A stretch of DNA of 64,000 nt from Octopus vulgaris (GCA_951406725.2 OX597833.1:49724001-49788000); one strand, 5' to 3'. Counted from the stretch's first letter, positions 1 through 13,564 are shown. The notes: generated by a model from the letters alone, not told the origin. Translations and numbers: made by a program.

Positions 1-688
1 CAACAAAGCCATTGTACAGACATGCAGTAACTACAACTGGTTGAGTGAACTCTGGTATGCAGTACATTGTTATATATAGTAACTTGAAAGTCACAATACG
101 TTTAATGGGCTTCTTGATATTTGTTGAGCTCTCCTAGCTTACTGATCTCCTAACACTAGTTTCAATATGTATATAAACATATTCCTGAATGGCACTTCGT
201 TTGAAAATGTATTTTATCTGAGAGCATGTGTTGAAACTAAAACAAATGTTGAGGGACTGTCGCAACCATTAAAACAAACACATTGCCATATCGATTTATA
301 CGTTATTATTCTTTTATTTATAACACATATTATCTGATATCAAAGCATTTCATCGGGCATCTTATACTCCGGTTAATGATACTATACTTTCCAGCATCAG
401 CTGAAATCATCAATTGACCACTTTTTATAGGTTGTGAATGCCAGGAATTTATCTTTGTTTCCTTTTCTCCTTTCCCTTCATGTTTTTTTTTTTTTTTCAT
501 AAAACAGAAAAAAACAAAACTCTATACTTTTTGCAGGATATCGTTTCTCACATCTAGACCATAGACGAGGCAACTACTGCTTTCTGGAAGCATTACGACA
601 GTTGACAGAAAATCATTATACTGGAATATATTCTTGTTAATGAATTTTTATCTAAGACCTTTTTTCCCCACCTAATACCGAATTTTAG

Positions 689-724
<36 letters not shown>

Positions 725-944
725 GGGTTTGTGTATATAAGTATATATATATATATTGTGTATAGAGGGATATATATTATTCAAAGAAATTCCAACTCTG
801 TCTGTCTTTTATGTTTTATAAATATTCTTTATAATATTAATGTAGAATATAGAATATATAGTATAAATAATATATATATAGTAAAATGAAATGAAGTATT
901 GATTGTCTTATTGAATAGATGAAATGTTGAATAGAAAATATTAA

Positions 945-993
945 GGGACTAGTATACTTTCTTGTATTGTATTGTAGCAGTCTTCAAGGTCCC
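945..993 (-). ncRNA. Minimal type I hammerhead-like motif (slightly degenerate), Penelope-type
   Basis: Minus strand reads gggac-CTTGAAGA-ctgctacaatacaatacaa-GAAA-gtatac-TA-gtccc. Helix I is gggac/gtccc and helix III is the palindrome AGTATACT. The core has one extra nt and helix II is weak. Confidence 0.5.
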
Positions 994-1673
994 AGGTTGT
1001 GACAGGAATGTTCTATATCTACACTTGTTATTACTTGCTTACAACAATCACGATTGTTTTAAAACATAAAAATACCAAAATATTGACGGAACGCAAAAAA
1101 TTATCTGAGCAGTTGCAGAAGGTGCGCATATTCCGATAATCTAGTTTTCCCGTTTTTTAACATTTTGTTAGACATTTTATACATAATTATATTGTATACA
1201 ATACGTTTAGAAATATGAGGAGTTATTATTATTTTTTTTAATACGACCTTCTCAGATGGCAGTAAACTTCAACGCATCCTTCCAATACAAAAGTTTGAAG
1301 ATATCTCCGCAGGACACTGAACTTTGACTAAATCAAACCCTCTTACTCACCCTCTCTCTCTTTACTGTCACACCTCCTCTTTCTCTTTCTTTCCCTTTTT
1401 TCCCTCTCTACCGCAATGTATATTCAAGTATGGTGCTTATATGCTTATACTCGGAAGCATTAAAGTACGATAGAGATGCGGTACGTTCCTTATACAATGC
1501 ATCACCGTCGTTGTTTCTTTTTCTTCATAAACCTCTTAAGTTATAAATACAATATATGTAATTAATACCATTACTATGGCTGCTATGACTATATAGAATA
1601 CTATAACTATATAGAATATTATGTCTATAAGGGATACTATGAAGATATGGAAATAAAAAAAAATATTCGGGGA

Positions 1674-2167
1674 CACTATTCGCAAGCGCTGGCATATGCT
1701 GCTTTGTCGATATTACCTACCAGCTTCAAATATTTTTGATCTTTGTAATATTTTCAGAAATCTGTGTTATCCTATGCAGACTTCATTACCTTAACCAGTA
1801 GTACTTCAGTTTATTTTCAGCCTATAGCTCTACATGAATATTAGCTCTCCATAGTGTTGATAAAAATTCAACGAAACAACGATATGAAAGGAATTCCTCT
1901 TTACATCTCAACGGACGCATCATCGCGAAAATAATATATTAATGTCGATGTAGTTGATTTCACCTGAGGTAAAAGCGAAACGATGAACTGAAATCGCTTC
2001 ACTGCGAGCACTGTTCGTTTAACAGCCAGTTGCAACTCGTGTACCATAATTGCAAGTACATAATGTACATCGTGTAAATCACTATTCGCAAGCGCTGGCA
2101 TATGCTGCTTTGTCGATATTACCTACCAGCTTCAAATATTTTTGATCTTCGTAATATTTTCAGAAAT
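1674..2167 (+). repeat. 88-bp dispersed direct repeat (1674-1761 and 2080-2167)
   Basis: cactattcgcaagcgctggcatatgc...ttttcagaaat occurs twice with one substitution. Confidence 0.95.
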
Positions 2168-2411
2168 AATGTACATCAGGCAAAAATATATTTCCGTATA
2201 TTTTCTAGTTTCTGTTGGTAAAACGGTAACGAAAACGCTGAGAAAATTATGTAGAGAAAATATACTTGTTTATTTAATGTTTGCCCAAGAGAGTTTTTGG
2301 TGCAATCAATAGCTCTCACTGCACTGAAAAATGTAAATTCTAACCAAGTCATTTTTTACTCTCTAAAATACGAATTCCAACAAAGTTATTTGAAAAAAAA
2401 TCTTTTTTACT

Positions 2412-2810
2412 CAGGAGTGGCTGTGTGGTAAGTAGCTTGTTTACCAAACACATGGTTCCGGGTTCAGTCCCACTGCGTTGCACCTTGGGCAAGTGTCTTC
2501 TACTATAGCCTCGGGCCGACCAAAGCCTTGTGAGTGGATTTGGTAGACGGAAACTGAAAGAAGCCTGTCGTATATATGTATATGTATATATGTATGTGTG
2601 TTTGTGTGTCTGTGTTTGTCCCCCCAACATCGCTTGACAACAGATGCTGGTGTGTTTATGTCCCCGGTTCGGCAAAAAGAGACCGATAGAATAAGTACTG
2701 GGCTTACAAAGAATAAGTCCCGGGGTCGAGTTGCTCAATTAAAGGCGGTGCTCCAGCATGGCCACAGTCAAATGACTGAAACAAGTAAAAGAGTGAAAGA
2801 GTAAAGAGTA
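2412..2810 (+). mobile_element. tRNA-derived SINE family A (octopus-type, internal TA/TG microsatellite)
   Basis: Head caggagtggctgtgtggtaag...gggttcagtccc with A/B-box-like motifs; tail ccagcatggccacagtcaaatgactgaaacaa(gtaaaaga)n; about 20 related copies in the window. Confidence 0.92.
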
Positions 2811-3221
2811 TACTGAAAATGTATGAGCTATATTCGCGAAGGGACATTGTAACGAATTATTATATGCTGCAAGACGGAAAATATAAAAGAAATAATTATA
2901 AACATATAATTACTCCTTCCTACCTCTCATTCCGTTGGCAATCTTATCCGGCTTCACTTAAAATTGCTTCTAAACATTTAAAAGAGGGAATGATATAACT
3001 TTAACAGAAATGGATCTTTAATTTAAAGCTTCAACTCTCAAAGCCATATATATGACTGTGTATAAGTGCGTCTGTGTGTCTGTATGTGCATGCGTGTGCT
3101 TGTATGCATGTGTGCGTTTGCGCGGGTGTACATGTATATCTGTGTGAGTGCCTGAATTGGAAAAAACGTACAATGACTTGCAAAAAAATAAGGTAACTGA
3201 AATTTCTAATCACACTATTAC

Positions 3222-3271
<50 letters not shown>

Positions 3272-3398
3272 GTGTGTGTATGTATGTATTCAAAGTAAGA
3301 TTAAATACATACATTTAAATATATATGTATGTATGTATATCTATCTATCTATCTATAGCTAGATAGATTGATAGATATATATATATATATATATATAT

Positions 3399-3467
<69 letters not shown>

Positions 3468-3499
3468 GAGATACAAATATGGATATAGATATATAGAAG

Positions 3500-4060
3500 T
3501 ATATAAAGTATCTTGTCGAAGGATTTTCGTCAACTTTTTTGTTAACGAAAATCCTTCGACAAGATAAGTTTATATTTTTATTTTAAGAAATATTGTTAAA
3601 AGTTTTTCGATTATTGATAGTTAATACAAGTATTTTTTGTATATTTATTTGATAACTAGTATAAGTTAAGATAAGTACATTTATTCTATTATTATTGTTT
3701 CTTATTAATTATTATCTTAGACCTGATGAGTGACTATATTTTAAAATAGATTTAATTTCAGTTCGATTTAATTTTGAATCGAATTGATTTTATTATTATA
3801 ATCTATTTGAAAATATAGCCATGAAACGTGCGTAGTCTTTTTACTACTGTTTATTATTTATTGTACTTTATAGATTTAAAATAAGGTTATTTTTATAGTT
3901 ATACTATAGAAAACCCTATTTTAAATCAATAATGTTTTCTATGTGGTGCGAATAACTTCTTTATTTATTGAATTGTGTAATATTAGTTTTTCTCTAAATT
4001 ATATACATATATTATATATTGTGAAATTTGACTTAAAATTGTTAAACTGATTTTTTTTCC
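3500..4060 (+). mobile_element. AT-rich hairpin-rich element carrying the hammerhead (probable Penelope pseudo-LTR or retrozyme-like element)
   Basis: Long stems at 3502-3575 (tatcttgtcgaaggattttcgt/acgaaaatccttcgacaagata) and 3873-3927, plus the hammerhead; bounded by microsatellites. Confidence 0.5.
3719..3838 (+). ncRNA. Type I hammerhead ribozyme with very long helix II
   Basis: agac-CTGATGA(3723-3729)-[~93-nt hairpin]-GAAAC-gtgc-GTA(3832-3834)-gtct. All core nucleotides are present and helix I is agac/gtct. Confidence 0.8.
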
Positions 4061-4085
4061 CTGTAAGTTTTGGAATTATATTCCC

Positions 4086-4190
<105 letters not shown>

Positions 4191-4439
4191 GATTCCCTAA
4201 ATTCTCCCTTCCACGGTGTGCGAATAACAATCATTATTTAAGTAACTTCAAATCTTATTACTCCTAAAAAGTTAGTAAATTTGATTTCCATTGGTGCAGT
4301 CATGTATATATATAAGGGGTATTTTGGTTATCACATTTACAGTCTTCAGTATAATATTAACAATAATTACGTAATTATCCCTACGAGAAAATAATAAATA
4401 TAGAAGATTATTATTAGTTAATTTTAACAATAATTTTTT

Positions 4440-5050
4440 TATACCAACTAATTTACATAGGCCAATTCTTCGGTGGCGTTCTCGTTACTTGGAGGATCTC
4501 TTATCTTCTCTTCTACATCTAACAGTATTACAGCCACCAGCAAGGCAACACCTACCTCCGGGGGAATCTCTTCCACCTTTACCTTGGAGGCACGTCTTCC
4601 AAGATAAGTAGGCAGAAGTACTACCTCGGACGTTTTCAGGGAAGCAACCAAATGTTGCCTAGCCTTCTCCTCGGATTAAAATCGCACCTGCACAGTTGCG
4701 TATATCCTCCCTCTGGCAAGGTAGGTGACGTACTGCTAGATGTGTCTCAAAGCCATCGCTACTTGTAGCTTCGTTATTATCTTCATACTCTTTACATCCA
4801 GACAGTACGTTCTATATATTATTGTCTTTTTTGCGTGTCTTTTGTAGCCTCACTAGGTGGGATCACTTTTACTTCGTGCCCCTCCATTCGCAGGATTTCC
4901 CTGTATTTGTTTAACTCCACTTTTTAAAAACAAATCTCTTCTCTTGCTTCACCAGCTGCAGCTGCAATTTTTTTTTTTTCCACCTTCATTTTTTCTCCCT
5001 ATCTGGTCTGCAATATCCATACTTCTTAGTAATTCTGCAGACGTCGTTAC
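4440..5050 (-). pseudogene. Degenerate coding-like remnant, possibly retrotransposon ORF1
   Basis: Higher-GC island with broken minus-strand frames (VVLLPTYLGRRASKVKVEEIPPEVGVALLVAVILL); no diagnostic motif recognised. Confidence 0.25.
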
Positions 5051-5353
5051 GTCTGAAGAATTCAAATCTTTATACATCATGAAGACACAAGTAATGTGCT
5101 TCTACCTGCAAATAAGGGGGATAGCGTTAACGAAACAGTCGTAGGGCAACAAAAACAAGTGTCTCAAAACACAAAAGTTAATAAAAGATATTATTCCAAT
5201 TCAACGATCCTTCACTAACCTCTTGTTAATTTACTGATGCGTTTGGGCAAGTCTTGCAAAAAAAAAAAAATGTTTTAAAAAATTCAAAAGACTGCAAAAA
5301 TCCGATACTAATTCTTCGTGGTTCAAAACGTTGCTTACATTTTACTCAACCTC

Positions 5354-5691
<338 letters not shown>

Positions 5692-6219
5692 GTTCCGATT
5701 ATTTAAAAAGTGAAAAGAATGTTTTCTTTATGTCTGTATATAAAGCTTTGTATTTATATTTTGAAATAATCGTTTAACAGGTATCTGTTATACTGTGTGT
5801 GATTGATAGGGTAACATATACATTACATATATGGTATATGTATGTATATATAGAGATATGATTGCTTATGTGTGTGTGTGTGTGTGTGAATGTGTAACCA
5901 AGGACCAGCGAGTGACTATTAACAAAACGAAAGGACTGATGTAGATAATGTTCAGTGTCCGCATTATGTCGTTCGTCTTTAAAACAAACACGCGCGCACG
6001 CGCAGAGAAAGAGAGAGAGAGAGGGAGAGAAAGAGAGAGAGCAAGAGAAAAAGAGAGTTGGGGGAGAGGGTCTTTCTCCCAAGATAGTGATTTCTCTGGC
6101 ATAGCAAGACATAAAAAGAAAAGGTGTTATTTTTACACATACAAACAACTTGTGTATAACAATACGTGTCTGCGTGCAGTTATGTGTGTGTATGTTTATA
6201 TATATATGTGTGTTTGTAG

Positions 6220-6373
<154 letters not shown>

Positions 6374-6375
6374 CA

Positions 6376-6477
<102 letters not shown>

Positions 6478-6669
6478 TAACGTTTTTTGTTTACAGACAC
6501 CATTACAGACTGTGAAAGCACGATTAGAATTTATTTTCTATGATTTTCTTCTAAATATTTTTTCTGCTTGCGATTACACTTTTTCTTCCAGCGTTTAAAA
6601 CTGTCCACAAACTCTTTCTCAGAGTGATTATTCTTATTCTTGTCGTTGTTATCGATGTTGTTGTTGTTG

Positions 6670-6739
<70 letters not shown>

Positions 6740-6768
6740 TTATTATTATTATTATTATCATTATTATT

Positions 6769-6876
<108 letters not shown>

Positions 6877-6879
6877 CAA

Positions 6880-7138
6880 TTAATATATAAAGTGTTGAGG
6901 TAACTCCTCTATAAGATATAGAGTCAAAATTTTTACAGAAGCGTGCCATTGTCATCTAGTGAACGGTATTTCGACATCTCGTGTGTCTTCAACAGGTTTA
7001 AAAATAATTTTGTCAATCTTTTTTTTGGGGTGGGGGGGTTAATGGTACTCTTCTTTTAATTTTGACTCTATATCTTCTGGAAGAGTAACATCAATCATTT
7101 ATATATTAACCAAAATAAAGTAGATTGACAAAATTATT
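6880..7138. repeat. Interleaved inverted repeats (MITE-like)
   Basis: Arm A 6880-6931 versus 7058-7109 (19-bp perfect core aagatatagagtcaaaatt). Arm B 7003-7019 versus 7122-7138 (17 bp perfect). Confidence 0.7.
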
Positions 7139-7276
7139 ATTATTATTGATTGGGAGAGCAGTACATGCCATCAAAGTGACACTGGGGTAAAATATATGAA
7201 GTCCAGTACACCCATCATGTCTACCCGTCTGATAAGGGTACACCAGGCACATGCATTACAGCCATATGTGTGCGGG

Positions 7277-7478
7277 AGCTGGCAGAAACCTTAGTACATC
7301 GGATAAAACGCCTAGAAGCGTTTCATCCGTCTTTACGTTCCGTGTTCAAATTGCCCCGTTGTCAACTTTGCTTTTCATCCTTTTAAGATTGATGAAATAA
7401 GTACCAATTGAACACTGAGTTCGATTTAGACGACTTATTCCTTTCCCCAAACCTGCTGGGCCTTTGCCAAAATCTGAA
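7277..7478 (+). mobile_element. Diverged SINE family B
   Basis: gagctggcagaaacc...ttcaaatt...ctttgcttttcatcc...aaataagtacca aligns with the 28217-28815 element. Confidence 0.7.
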
Positions 7479-7495
7479 GCTAATATCTAACCCCT

Positions 7496-8190
7496 GTCGT
7501 TGTCCTTCGTTGTCGCCGTCGTCGTCGTCCTTCGTTATCGTCGTCCTTCGTTGTCGTCGTCGTCGTCGTCTTTCGTTATCGTCGTCCTTCGTTGTCGTCG
7601 TCTTCGTCGTCCTTCGTTATCGTCGTCCTTCGTTGTCGCCGTCGTTATTGTCGTTCTTTGCCGTCGTCGTCCTTCGCCGTTGTCGTCCTTAGTCGACGTC
7701 GTGATTCGTCGTCGTCGTCATCCTTCGCCGTCGTCGTTCCTCGTCGTCGTCGTTCATCATCGTCATCCTTGACCGCCGTCGTCGTCGTCCTTCGTCGTCG
7801 CCGTGATTCGTCGTCGTCGTCATCCTTCGCCGCCGTCGTCGTCGTTCGTCGTCGTCGTTCGTCGTCGTCGTTCGTCGTCGTCGTTCGTCGTCGTCGTTCG
7901 TCGTCGTCGTTCATCGTCGTCGTCATCATTCGTCGTCGTCGTTCGAAATCGTCATCCTTCACTGTCGTCGTCGTCGTCATTCGTCGTCGTCGTCATTCGT
8001 CGTCGTCGTCGTTCGTCGTCGTCGTCGTTCGTCGTCGTCGTTCGAAATCGTCATCCTTCGCTGTCGTCGCCGTGGTCCTTCGTAGTCATCGTCATTCGTC
8101 GTCGTCGTTGTTCGTCGTCGTCATTCGTCATCTTCGTCGTTCTTCGCCATCGTCGTCCGACGCAGTCGTCGTCTTTCGTCGTTGTCGTCA
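7496..8190. repeat. CpG-rich degenerate (GTC)n minisatellite
   Basis: About 700 bp of gtc/cgt triplets with recurring interruptions (catccttc, cgtgattcg, ttcgaaatcg). Confidence 0.9.
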
Positions 8191-8569
8191 GCTTTATCTC
8201 GTATCCAAGAATTTAGTTCCTTCTTTGCTGAACACTTCCTTTATGGTGTTGGCATTGATGACTCTCTGGACCAATTATTGCATAGAAAAGTCGATGACAT
8301 TGACTGAAAACACTGGTCTACATTTAGGAAATCCTTTTTTATTTCTATTCATGGATGTGATGTTACATATTCTTGAGTTGCTAATTTTAAATATCTAAAC
8401 CATTTTGCTCTATCACATAAGGATGTTGAATAAAATTCAAATAAATAATAATAAACAATGTGAATTTTTAATATATTGTTACTTTATTAAAAGCAAGTAA
8501 TCAAGGAAAAGTACATTCTGTTAATCTAAAGAACATATATTTTCCTAATCAACATGAAATGAATCAGAA

Positions 8570-8935
8570 TTATAAACATAAAACCAAATGAATGTAAAAA
8601 AATATGCTCCTAGTGGTTAGCCTACATATTGATTCAAAAAAGGAGGACCGCTTTGATTTCTGCTTGTGTTGTACATCGGGTTCATTACGTTTCAATGACC
8701 AGCAGTAACCCGCCATCATGCTGACATTCCATTTGCCCTGGTATCGAGTTTCCATGATGCAAATGTCTTGATGGAATCACTCTCCTTGTTCCTCACTGTA
8801 GTCTCCACAGTTCTTGGAAAAATAGTCAAGATGCGAATGCAAAAAATGCATCTTCACACTCATTCCAGACCCAAGTTGTTGGATCATTTTTTCATACTCT
8901 GAGGAGCGACTGTTTCCTAAGAAGTTTTGGACCAG
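8570..8935 (-). pseudogene. DNA transposon transposase C-terminus, Chapaev-3 (CMC)-like
   Basis: LGSGMSVKMHFLHSHLDYFSKNCGDYSEEQGE*FHQDICIMETRYQGKWNVSMMAGYCWSLKR matches the remembered family motif MSLKxHFLHSHLDFF..GAVSDEQGERFHQD..RYQGxW. It carries an in-frame stop where R is expected. Confidence 0.75.
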
Positions 8936-9511
8936 GGATTCACTGCAGACTAGTTTCAGAAATATTTGCCCTCTTATCAATGCAGAGCAGCCGAACCCAG
9001 CAAGCGTCGCTACTAATCGTCTGTTCGAAGGATTATTTACCTAACCGCACGGCCAAACCTACGCCTATGAGCATGATTTTCTGAAATTGCATCTGTGTTA
9101 TTGTTATTGTTAGGATCAAGGTCGCTTTGACAACGCAAGTAATACAGTCGATCGAACGGCGGTGATTAAATACAAATGTTGCTTTGATCATTGCTACTGC
9201 AGCAATGATAGCAATGCTTTGGTTAAATTTGGATGCTATTTCTAACTGGCCAACTGACCACTTATAGTGTATTCTTGTTACGCTCACTGCATCGGTAATG
9301 CAGTACACGGCTTCTTGGTTTCATAGACTATGTAATTAATTAATTAATTGATTAATTAATTAATAGGAATACTGTGCACGATTCACAAATATACCCAGTT
9401 TGCGACTAACTAAAGACCATAATACATCACATTCCATAACAGAATTGTAACATGTATACGGGGCATTGTAGACGGCAATCATGTTAGCACTAATATGATG
9501 CGCCATAAACA

Positions 9512-9550
<39 letters not shown>

Positions 9551-9634
9551 GATGTGTGCGTGCGTGCGCGCGAGTGTGTGTACATATATATAGGTGTAGA
9601 TATATAGATAGATATAGATATACATGAATATATG

Positions 9635-9848
9635 CTCTTTTACTCTTTTACTCTTTTACTTGTTTCAGTCATTTGACAGCGGCCATGCTGGAGCACCGCC
9701 TTTAGTCGAGCAAATCGACCCCGGGACTTATTCTTTGTAAGCCCAGTACTTATTCTATCGGTCTCTTTTGCCGAACTGCTAAGTAACGGGGACGTAAACA
9801 AACCAGCATCGGTTGTCAAGCAATGCTAGGGGGACAAACACAGACACA

Positions 9849-9898
<50 letters not shown>

Positions 9899-10061
9899 CG
9901 AAGGGCTTCTTTCAGTTTCCGTCTACCAAATCCACTCACAAGGCATTGGTCGGCCCGAGGCTATAGCAGAAGACACTTGCCCAAGGTGCCACGCAGTGGG
10001 ACTGAACTCAGGACCATGTGGTTGGTAGGCAAGCTACTTACCACACAGCCACTCCTGCGCC
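9635..10061 (-). mobile_element. SINE family A, full length
   Basis: Reverse complement of the complete head, microsatellite and tail. Confidence 0.92.
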
Positions 10062-10069
10062 TATATATA

Positions 10070-10466
10070 TCTTTATATATAAAAGTCAAGTTCTGTGTCT
10101 GTCTCCTACGATTTAGATTCCTAACTACTCCCACATTTTGCGGTGCAGTTTAACCAAAACCGGGTATCTTATAGTCGTGATTCATATCGAGCCCTTCTGG
10201 GTATTATCGCGCGTCTACGATGAGTCTACGATTTAAAAAAAAAATTACCATCGTTTTTTTCCATTTTAATGCATTTTTTTCGCTATTATATAAGGGAAGT
10301 AACTCTCTAAAAATGTCTACGATGAGTCAACGATTTTTAAAAAAATTACCATAATTTTTTTTCCATTTTTAATGCATTTTTTTGCTAATTTTGGGCTATA
10401 ACTCTCTAAAAATGCTTATATAATTATTTCCCTTACAAACCCGAGCAACGCCGGGCGATACTGCTA

Positions 10467-10467
<1 letters not shown>
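10070..10467 (+). mobile_element. Non-autonomous Helitron
   Basis: 5' TC (a|tctttatatataaaag), 3' hairpin cccgagcaacgccggg and terminal CTAG|t; inserted between A and T; internal ~110-bp tandem duplication. Confidence 0.8.
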
Positions 10468-10497
<30 letters not shown>

Positions 10498-10499
<2 letters not shown>

Positions 10500-10730
10500 C
10501 GCAGGAGTGGCTGTGTGGTAAGTAGCTTCCTTATCAACCACATGGTCCCGGGTTCAGTCTCAACTTGTATGTGTGTGTCTGTTTGTCCTCCCAGCAACTG
10601 ATGCTGGTGGGTTTACGACCCCTTAACCTAGCAGTTCGGCAAAAGAAAACCGATACAATAAGTACTAGGTTTGCAAAGTATAAGGTCTGGCCGCAGTCAA
10701 ATGACTGATGCAAGTAAAAGAGTAAAGAGT
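10498..10730 (+). mobile_element. SINE family A, internally deleted
   Basis: ggcgcaggagtggctgtgtgg head joined to a partial 3' half and tail. Confidence 0.85.
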
Positions 10731-10884
10731 ATATGTAAATATATACATATATTGCGTGTAAAGACAGGCATAATAATACACATGTCTACATATATATGCA
10801 CATACATACATACATACATACATACATACATACATACATACATACATACATACATACATACATACATACATACATACATACGTA

Positions 10885-11745
10885 TAGGGTGCGGTGAATA
10901 AACTGTCGTCTAAATTACGCAAAAATGAAAATAACACTGACCTCTCATTTTAACAGATATGTTTACCAAAATTACATAAAAAATATCTTGAAATACTAAA
11001 GAGTAAATTTGTTTATAAAATCTCCATTCGCTTCAACCACGGTCTGCAGATGACTTTGGAATTTCCTACAGCTCTTCAAGACGGTCTTCTTGTTTAAGTT
11101 GGTGAATGCCGCCATAATCCTTGTCTTCAGTTCATCTTTAGAGTTACAAGGAGTTTTGTTGGTCTCTCGCTGAACTGTGCCCTACACATAATAATCAAGC
11201 AAGGTTGCAGTGTGGGGAGTTAGATAGCCAGATGCTAGAGGTGATATGGTCGCAGAAATCGTCTGACAGCTACGACTGGGTTTTCGTGCTTGTTTGGTAT
11301 GGTGTAGAGTCATGTTGCAAGACATGGGGGTCTTCTAGCAGCCACCCTCTTGACCCAGGGTAGCACTACCCCCTCCAGGCACTTGATGTGGGCCTCCGTG
11401 TTGAGTCAGCGGCCGTGTGGGAATATAAATGGAGGCATAACGCCGTCATCACTAGTCATCACTCCAAAAACCATGATGTTGATGTTTGAATTTTATCACT
11501 CTCAATACATGTCCTCCCACCCAAACACACTGAAATATCCATATTGGAAATACAAGCGCGAATGCCAAGCAGTACAGCATATCGTTTACAAATTTCTGGC
11601 AGAGTGAATTATGTCATGGTGCTGTTTTTCTCTTGGACGGTGCCCAACTGACCCTACTATACTATGTAGTAGACAAAATCAAAAACAAAGATTACTCATG
11701 CACGTAATGAAAAATATAGAGCGACAATTTACCCATCGCACACTA
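10885..11745 (-). mobile_element. Internally deleted Tc1/mariner element, maT (DD37D)-like
   Basis: Imperfect TIRs tagggtgcggtgaataaactgtcg / gcgacaatttacccatcgcacacta with TA TSDs. The decayed frame reads IMVFGVMTSDDGVMPPFIF...LQHDSTP...W.SNSPHCN.DYYV..., with about 37 residues between the 2nd and 3rd D. Confidence 0.82.
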
Positions 11746-11803
11746 TACATATGTATGTGTGTATATATGTTGTTTGTTGTTGTTTAATCCTTTAGAAGGA
11801 GCA

Positions 11804-12112
11804 GTTGTTTGTTCCTTCTCCAGCCACGCCTGGCTCACTCAAAAGGGCCGGTTTCCCGGTTTCCTTGGCGTATACGTTCCCCGCCTGGACGGGACGCTGG
11901 TCCATCGCAGGTGAGCTGCAAGATGCAGGAGGAAAGAGTGAGAGAAAATCGTGGGGTAAGAGTCAGCAGAAGTTCGCCATTACCTTCTGCCGGAGCCGCG
12001 TGGTGCTTAGGTGTTTCGCTCATAAACACACACATCGCCCGGTCTGAGATTCGAACCCACAATCCCTCGACCGCGAGTCGACTGTTCTAACCACTAGGCC
12101 ATGTGCCTCCAC
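11804..12112 (-). mobile_element. tRNA-headed SINE family C
   Basis: Minus-strand head gtggaggcacatggcctagtggttag...gggttcgaatctc (A and B boxes); related copies at 22785 and 43659. Confidence 0.8.
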
Positions 12113-12133
12113 GTGAGTGTATATATATATATA

Positions 12134-12167
<34 letters not shown>

Positions 12168-12172
12168 ACACA

Positions 12173-12203
<31 letters not shown>

Positions 12204-12294
12204 CATACATGCATTTATATATATATATATATGCATATATATATACCTATACATATACATGTGCAGATATATATATATAGGTATGTATATATAC

Positions 12295-12371
<77 letters not shown>

Positions 12372-12462
12372 CATACATGCATTTATATATATATATATAT
12401 GCATATATATATACCTATACATATACATGTGCAGATATATATATATAGGTATGTATATATAC

Positions 12463-12503
<41 letters not shown>

Positions 12504-12680
12504 CGTAAACTATAAAAGCATTTGAAAGTAAAGGAAAAGAACAATCGTCACAAAACCAATGACAGTGGTATGTACGTTTGTATCTATATATAAATATATA
12601 TATATATATATATGCACACACATACATATATATATATATGTGAGCGTGTGTGTACGAGTGTGTGCGTGTGCGTGCGGGTC

Positions 12681-12728
<48 letters not shown>

Positions 12729-13025
12729 CATGTGTGCGCGCTCGTGTATTTCCATCTTGGGGGTGCTTGAGGAGACAAAATGTTGGCAGGCTGACAGAAA
12801 ATGATGGAACGACCATTAAAAGTAAGATGTCTGTGTGTTGCTATGAAAGGAACAGATTCGATAGACTGAATTAATACAGGAAATGGTAGAATGGAAAAAA
12901 AAAGCCTCCCAAATGAACAGTCTAAAACTGGTAAAGAAAAAAATTTGGGATTAGTAACTGCTACTACTACTGCTGCTACTACTACCACCATCACTACAAC
13001 CACCACCATCACTACCACCACCACC

Positions 13026-13119
<94 letters not shown>

Positions 13120-13167
13120 TCACCACCACCACCACTACTACTACTACTACCACAACCACCACCACCG

Positions 13168-13213
<46 letters not shown>

Positions 13214-13564
13214 CATCACCCCACCATCATCACACCACCACCACCACCACCACCACCACCAACACTATTATACTACTATTAGTATTACTAACACGCACAC
13301 AAAATATATACATATACATATATTTGTGTATGCATAACATACATGTAATACCATAATAGATATATACATATATATAACATTCTCTAGCCTCTCTGTGTCT
13401 ATCATGTGAATGCATGCACGTGTGTGTACACACACATAGGTATAAATACACACATACACACACACTCACCTTGCATCTACATAGTTTTACTTTGTATATG
13501 TTATATATCACAAATATACACATGTACTTATATACATACTTATATGTACATATCTATATCTTTA

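Noticed and set aside
2349-2804. Recurrent ORFs such as ...RLPNPLTRLWSARGYSRRHLPK...
   Set aside because: These are incidental translations of SINE family A, repeated at many copies.
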